From the NCBI GenBank assembly GCA_021846665.1, contig JAJZWM010000004.1, positions 1 through 53,570 of the forward strand: a stretch of DNA of 53,570 bases, written 5' to 3'. Positions within the stretch are counted from its first letter, which is position 1. Every line of letters starts with the position of its first letter. The translations under genes and the position numbers were made by a program. The notes under the pieces are model-generated. The model searched no databases. It saw only the letters and a program-made list of their open reading frames with translations, and was not told where the DNA came from. This document shows, one piece after another, positions 50,206 through 53,570 of this stretch. This DNA is from Nanobdellota archaeon (GTDB lineage Archaea > Nanobdellota > Nanobdellia > Parvarchaeales > Parvarchaeaceae).

Positions 50206-50372
50206 ATAATAAAGGTGTTGTAAGTGGCATTTTTCTGTATATAATTATAATAATCATAGGTATACTTCTAATTGTTATCTTTTTGGAGCTTTTTACACCA
50301 TATAAGTTTACAGATCTTTTTAAGGCTTTTATATCAAAGTCAAACAGTTTAAACGTGAGCAGTTATGAATAA
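50202..50372 (+). CDS. Micro-pilin-like protein 2 (56 aa; not in the ORF track)
   Basis: MNNKG|VVSGIFLYIIIIIIGILLIVIFLELFTPYKFTDLFKAFISKSNSLNVSSYE; ATGA overlap with the previous gene. Confidence 0.78.
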   Translation: MNNKGVVSGIFLYIIIIIIGILLIVIFLELFTPYKFTDLFKAFISKSNSLNVSSYE

Positions 50373-50505
50373 TAAAGGAGTGGAAAGTTACATTCTTCTG
50401 ATAATAATAACACTGATAGTTCTTATATTGATAATAATATTCTACTTATTTTTGTTTTCACCAAGCACAATACACAAACTTATACCAACAGTTCCAAACG
50501 TATAA
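50365..50505 (+). CDS. Micro-pilin-like protein 3 (46 aa; not in the ORF track)
   Basis: MNNKG|VESYILLIIITLIVLILIIIFYLFLFSPSTIHKLIPTVPNV; 8-nt overlap with the previous gene. Confidence 0.78.
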   Translation: MNNKGVESYILLIIITLIVLILIIIFYLFLFSPSTIHKLIPTVPNV

Positions 50506-50506
50506 C

Positions 50507-50668
50507 ATGGAATCAGTCTGGTTTTATGTTATAGCTGTTATATTGGGGATAACGCTACTTTTAGTCTATTTGCTTTTAGTAGGGCCGGCAACGCTTTCTA
50601 AGGACATATCTGGCTTTTTTTCTGGGATAAGTTCGTCAATAATGGCAGGATTTAAGAATGCATATTAA
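50507..50668 (+). CDS. Micro membrane protein 4 (53 aa), pilin-like helix without the basic leader; not in the ORF track
   Basis: MESVWFYVIAVILGITLLLVYLLLVGPATLSKDISGFFSGISSSIMAGFKNAY; starts 1 nt after the previous stop. Confidence 0.7.
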   Translation: MESVWFYVIAVILGITLLLVYLLLVGPATLSKDISGFFSGISSSIMAGFKNAY

Positions 50669-50700
50669 CATTTTTATACTTTCGGCAGCTATTAGGGATT

Positions 50701-51276
50701 ATGATTACTTATAGTGAATTTCTAAGGATAAGAAGGCAGGAGCAGGAAGACAATAGAACACTGACGAAATTCAATGATGACATGCTTGAAGAGATGAAGG
50801 AGTACATAGCAATAAACAAAAATTCCTTAGAAGAAGCAAAGAAAATGAACGATGAAAAAAAAGTAGAAGAGATATCTACACAGATAAAAAATGCAATATC
50901 AACATTGGAGCAGATAATAGATTTAAGGATGATTAAGATTGCAAGTATGGCAATACTAGATGTCGATAGTGAGCAGGCAAAGATAAACATGCTTTCCAAG
51001 GAGATAGTCTTTTTTGATAATCTACTAGCACTTTCAAAGCAGTATAAATCGGGAGTAATAACGGAGGTTAAAGCTATAGAGCCAAAGAAACTACAGAAAG
51101 TTGAAAGTAATGACAGTGAAAGCGAGAAGATTGTAATAAAGATACTTTCTGATATACCAAAGTTTGTTTGGAGAAATGACAAATCCTACGGCCCTTTCAA
51201 TTTTCCAAATGTAATAGAAATAGACAAGGATGTAGCACAGATACTTATAAAGAGCGGAAAAGCAGAGAGTGTGTAA
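50701..51276 (+). CDS. GINS complex subunit (Gins51/Gins15-type, A-B domain order)
   Basis: ITY..F..I.R.E...LTK, R..KI...A; C-terminal B domain ILSDIPKFV..NDKSYGPF...VAQILIKSGKA. Confidence 0.85.
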   Translation: MITYSEFLRIRRQEQEDNRTLTKFNDDMLEEMKEYIAINKNSLEEAKKMNDEKKVEEISTQIKNAISTLEQIIDLRMIKIASMAILDVDSEQAKINMLSKEIVFFDNLLALSKQYKSGVITEVKAIEPKKLQKVESNDSESEKIVIKILSDIPKFVWRNDKSYGPFNFPNVIEIDKDVAQILIKSGKAESV

Positions 51277-52803
51277 ATGACTTTCTTTAAGGAAAAGATA
51301 GAAGACAGAGAATATCAGAATAGGATATTCGAGACTGTAAAAACAGGTAATACTCTTGTTGTATTGCCAACAGGACTTGGAAAAACCATAATAAGTGCCA
51401 TGCTTGTAGATTATAGGGTTACTAAATATCCCTCTTCGAAGATTCTTTTTTTAGCGCCAACAAAGCCACTAGCCAATCAGCATTACAAAACGTTTTCTTC
51501 ATTGATGGCAGTAAATGCCGGTATAGTAAGTGGTTCAGTCTCAAGTAGCAAAAGAAGCAAAATCTACGAAGAGTCACAGTTGATATTTGCAACACCACAG
51601 ACTATAGAGAATGATATGGCAAAAAAGATAATAGATTTCTCTAACTTTAGCTTGCTTATAGTCGATGAGGCCCATCATACGATAGGAAATTATTCTTATG
51701 TCAAGATTGCAAAAGCATATTCTGAACAGTCTATTCACCCACTTATACTTGGACTTACAGCTTCTCCCGCATCTGACAGGGAAAAGATAAAATTGATATG
51801 CAGTAATCTGCAAATAAGCAATGTTGAGATAAGGTCTGATGATGATCCTGATGTTATACCCTACATACAGAAAAAATATATAGAGGAGGTAAAAGTTGAC
51901 CTTCCTCAGGAGATACTTGAGCTTGCTAACAGTCTAAAGTTATTGATAAGCGAATCAATAAGCGAATTACAAGAGATAGGCCTATTAAAAAATGTGCAGA
52001 AAAGCAGGATAAATAAAGTTACTATACTGCTACTTCAGAAAAACCTTCAAAGACAGATGTTCAGTGGAAAAAGAACGTATTATCTTATTAGGGGCATAAT
52101 ACTGACTTCGAAGCTTTTAAAGCTTTATCATGCTTACAATCTATTGTCAACACAAAGTCTTGAGGCATTTTTAAATTTTCTTGAAAAGATACAAAATGGC
52201 AAGGCAAAGACTGATAAGGACTTGTCTTCAAATAAAAGTTTTATTGAAATCAAAGAAAGAACTGTGGAGTTACTTAAAAACGGAGTAGAACATCCTAAAC
52301 TTAAACAGCTTAAAATTATATTTACAAATTATTTCAATGAATCAAAAAAGGCCATAGTGTTTGCGCAGTATAGAGATACAGTAGATGTAATAAATACTAG
52401 CATATCTAAGATACCGGGAGTAAGGCCTATAAAATTTATAGGTCAAGGAAAAGGAGGATTGTCGCAGAAAGAACAGGTCAATATAGTAAGAGATTTTGAA
52501 TCAGGAATTTACAATGTACTTGTCTCAACAAGTGTGAGTGAAGAGGGTATGTCTATAAAAGGAGTTGATCTCGCAGTTTTTTATGAAACAATACCAAGTG
52601 CAATAAGAAATATTCAGCGAAGAGGTAGAGTGGGAAGATTCTCTGCGGGTAGGATATTTATATTAATTACAAATGGAACAAACGATGAAGGGTATTATTG
52701 GCTTTCTAAAAGAAGAGAAAAGACCATGAAAAGAATTATAAAAAATATAAGGGAAAATCCAGATACGATAAAGCAGGATGGCACACTGCATCCATTTATC
52801 TAA
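51277..52803 (+). CDS. hef: Hef/FANCM-like SF2 helicase, helicase domain only
   Basis: REYQ, LPTGLGKT, APTKPL..QH, DEAHH, TASP, STSVSEEG, QRRGRVGR; no ERCC4 nuclease domain. Confidence 0.9.
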   Translation: MTFFKEKIEDREYQNRIFETVKTGNTLVVLPTGLGKTIISAMLVDYRVTKYPSSKILFLAPTKPLANQHYKTFSSLMAVNAGIVSGSVSSSKRSKIYEESQLIFATPQTIENDMAKKIIDFSNFSLLIVDEAHHTIGNYSYVKIAKAYSEQSIHPLILGLTASPASDREKIKLICSNLQISNVEIRSDDDPDVIPYIQKKYIEEVKVDLPQEILELANSLKLLISESISELQEIGLLKNVQKSRINKVTILLLQKNLQRQMFSGKRTYYLIRGIILTSKLLKLYHAYNLLSTQSLEAFLNFLEKIQNGKAKTDKDLSSNKSFIEIKERTVELLKNGVEHPKLKQLKIIFTNYFNESKKAIVFAQYRDTVDVINTSISKIPGVRPIKFIGQGKGGLSQKEQVNIVRDFESGIYNVLVSTSVSEEGMSIKGVDLAVFYETIPSAIRNIQRRGRVGRFSAGRIFILITNGTNDEGYYWLSKRREKTMKRIIKNIRENPDTIKQDGTLHPFI

Positions 52804-53282
52804 CTACCAAATATCTCTGTTTTACATGTTCCACCTGCAGAGTATTTTACTCCGTCTATGGAAACATTACTTCCAGATGTGTTGCCTATAATAACAGTGT
52901 TTATTCCAGGGTCTACAATAGTTATATCTGTAGAAAATGAGTTTATACCAGCTGTATAGTTACCTATAAATGACAAAGCAGAGGGATTAATTTTATTATT
53001 TTTGTTAATATTGCTTGCAAATACCCTATAAATTAATCCTGGGCTGCCATCCGATACCGTTATCTTAAATAAGTTATGTTCTGATGAGGTGCTTATGTTT
53101 GTAACATTCGCAGAGCATGTTACGGGAGAACCACTATTGCTAGTTATTACTCCCGCCGGTAGGATAGCAAAATGGAAGACAGAACTAGCAATCACAACCC
53201 CTATAACCAAAAATGAAATAAGAAGGATAATAACTATAAAGTACTCTACAGCACTAGTACCATTTACTTTGTTACTGCGCAT
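52800..53282 (-). CDS. Pilin-like secreted or membrane-anchored protein (atypical class III signal)
   Basis: MRSNKVNG|TSAVEY plus hydrophobic helix; S/T/N-rich; two Cys; several N-X-S/T sequons. Confidence 0.75.
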   Translation of the reverse strand: MRSNKVNGTSAVEYFIVIILLISFLVIGVVIASSVFHFAILPAGVITSNSGSPVTCSANVTNISTSSEHNLFKITVSDGSPGLIYRVFASNINKNNKINPSALSFIGNYTAGINSFSTDITIVDPGINTVIIGNTSGSNVSIDGVKYSAGGTCKTEIFGS

Positions 53283-53570
53283 ATATAAATTAAATTCCTC
53301 CCCAAAAAGTTTGGTTTTGATATTCCTATCTGCTGAGGCAGAGAATCAAAGAAGTAGAATAAAGACTGGGCACATTGCTCTATCCCAGTAGCATATAAAG
53401 ATGCTTCTGCAAGTTTTGCAGTGTATGTAAGCGCGTTAGGCGCAACATCATCTTTACATATAGAATTATTAAAACATTCTGCACTTCCAAATCCTGCAAG
53501 TGCTACACCAGCTACTAATCCCGGATTTGATGGTGCAAGTAGTTTTGCGCCTATAGCTGATACAACTGCT
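53264..53570 (-). CDS. 3' end of a hypothetical Ala/Gly/Cys-rich protein; 5' end lies outside the window
   Basis: Open frame ...AVVSAIGAKLLAPSNPGLVAGVALAGFGSAECFNNSICKDD...LIYICAVTK*, overlapping the start of the next gene. Confidence 0.7.
   Translation of the reverse strand, partial: AVVSAIGAKLLAPSNPGLVAGVALAGFGSAECFNNSICKDDVAPNALTYTAKLAEASLYATGIEQCAQSLFYFFDSLPQQIGISKPNFLGRNLIYICAVTK

Noticed and set aside
34-53391. Many 60-160 aa antisense or alternate-frame ORFs (e.g. 34-225, 3705-4064, 7164-7577, 40725-41201, 49956-50159, 50709-51182)
   Set aside because: Shadows of well-supported genes; S/F/I/L-rich composition typical of the reverse complement of K/E-rich coding sequence; no motifs
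1-53570. CRISPR array, IS element, integrase or att-site duplication at either tRNA
   Set aside because: No regularly spaced repeats, transposase/integrase motifs or second copies of tRNA 3' ends were seen by eye

Overview
AT-rich, very gene-dense archaeal chromosomal segment. The gene content suggests a DPANN archaeon, most likely an acidophilic Parvarchaeota/ARMAN-like lineage; this is inference from tight overlaps, fragmented operons, DPANN-style hypothetical genes and a Thermoplasmatales-type ATPase operon. Left part: an AglH/GPT-like gene (cut by the window edge), tRNA-Gln, a complete A/V-type ATP synthase operon (order K-E-C-F-A-B-D-H-I) whose atpA carries a 486-aa LAGLIDADG intein, then cdc48-scpA-scpB, a TrmB regulator, smc and ksgA. 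Middle: an S10-operon fragment (rpl2-rps19-rpl22-rps3 plus an unlisted, shortened rpl29), a stand-alone Complex I membrane arm (nuoJKLMN), SPFH and HAD genes, and a tRNA-Thr(UGU) with a highly aberrant T-loop. Right: tatD-rnz, a SelB-like GTPase, sugar-nucleotide genes, ndk, aIF5B, TFB, Trm1, eL33, an MNT-HEPN fusion, GINS and a helicase-only Hef. The most notable unlisted structure is four translationally coupled 46-57 aa membrane micro-proteins (50032-50668). Three have class III (prepilin) signal-like N-termini, and they follow a 575-aa protein of unknown function. I saw no CRISPR array, rRNA, transposase or integrase. All assignments come from motif reading; no searches were run.
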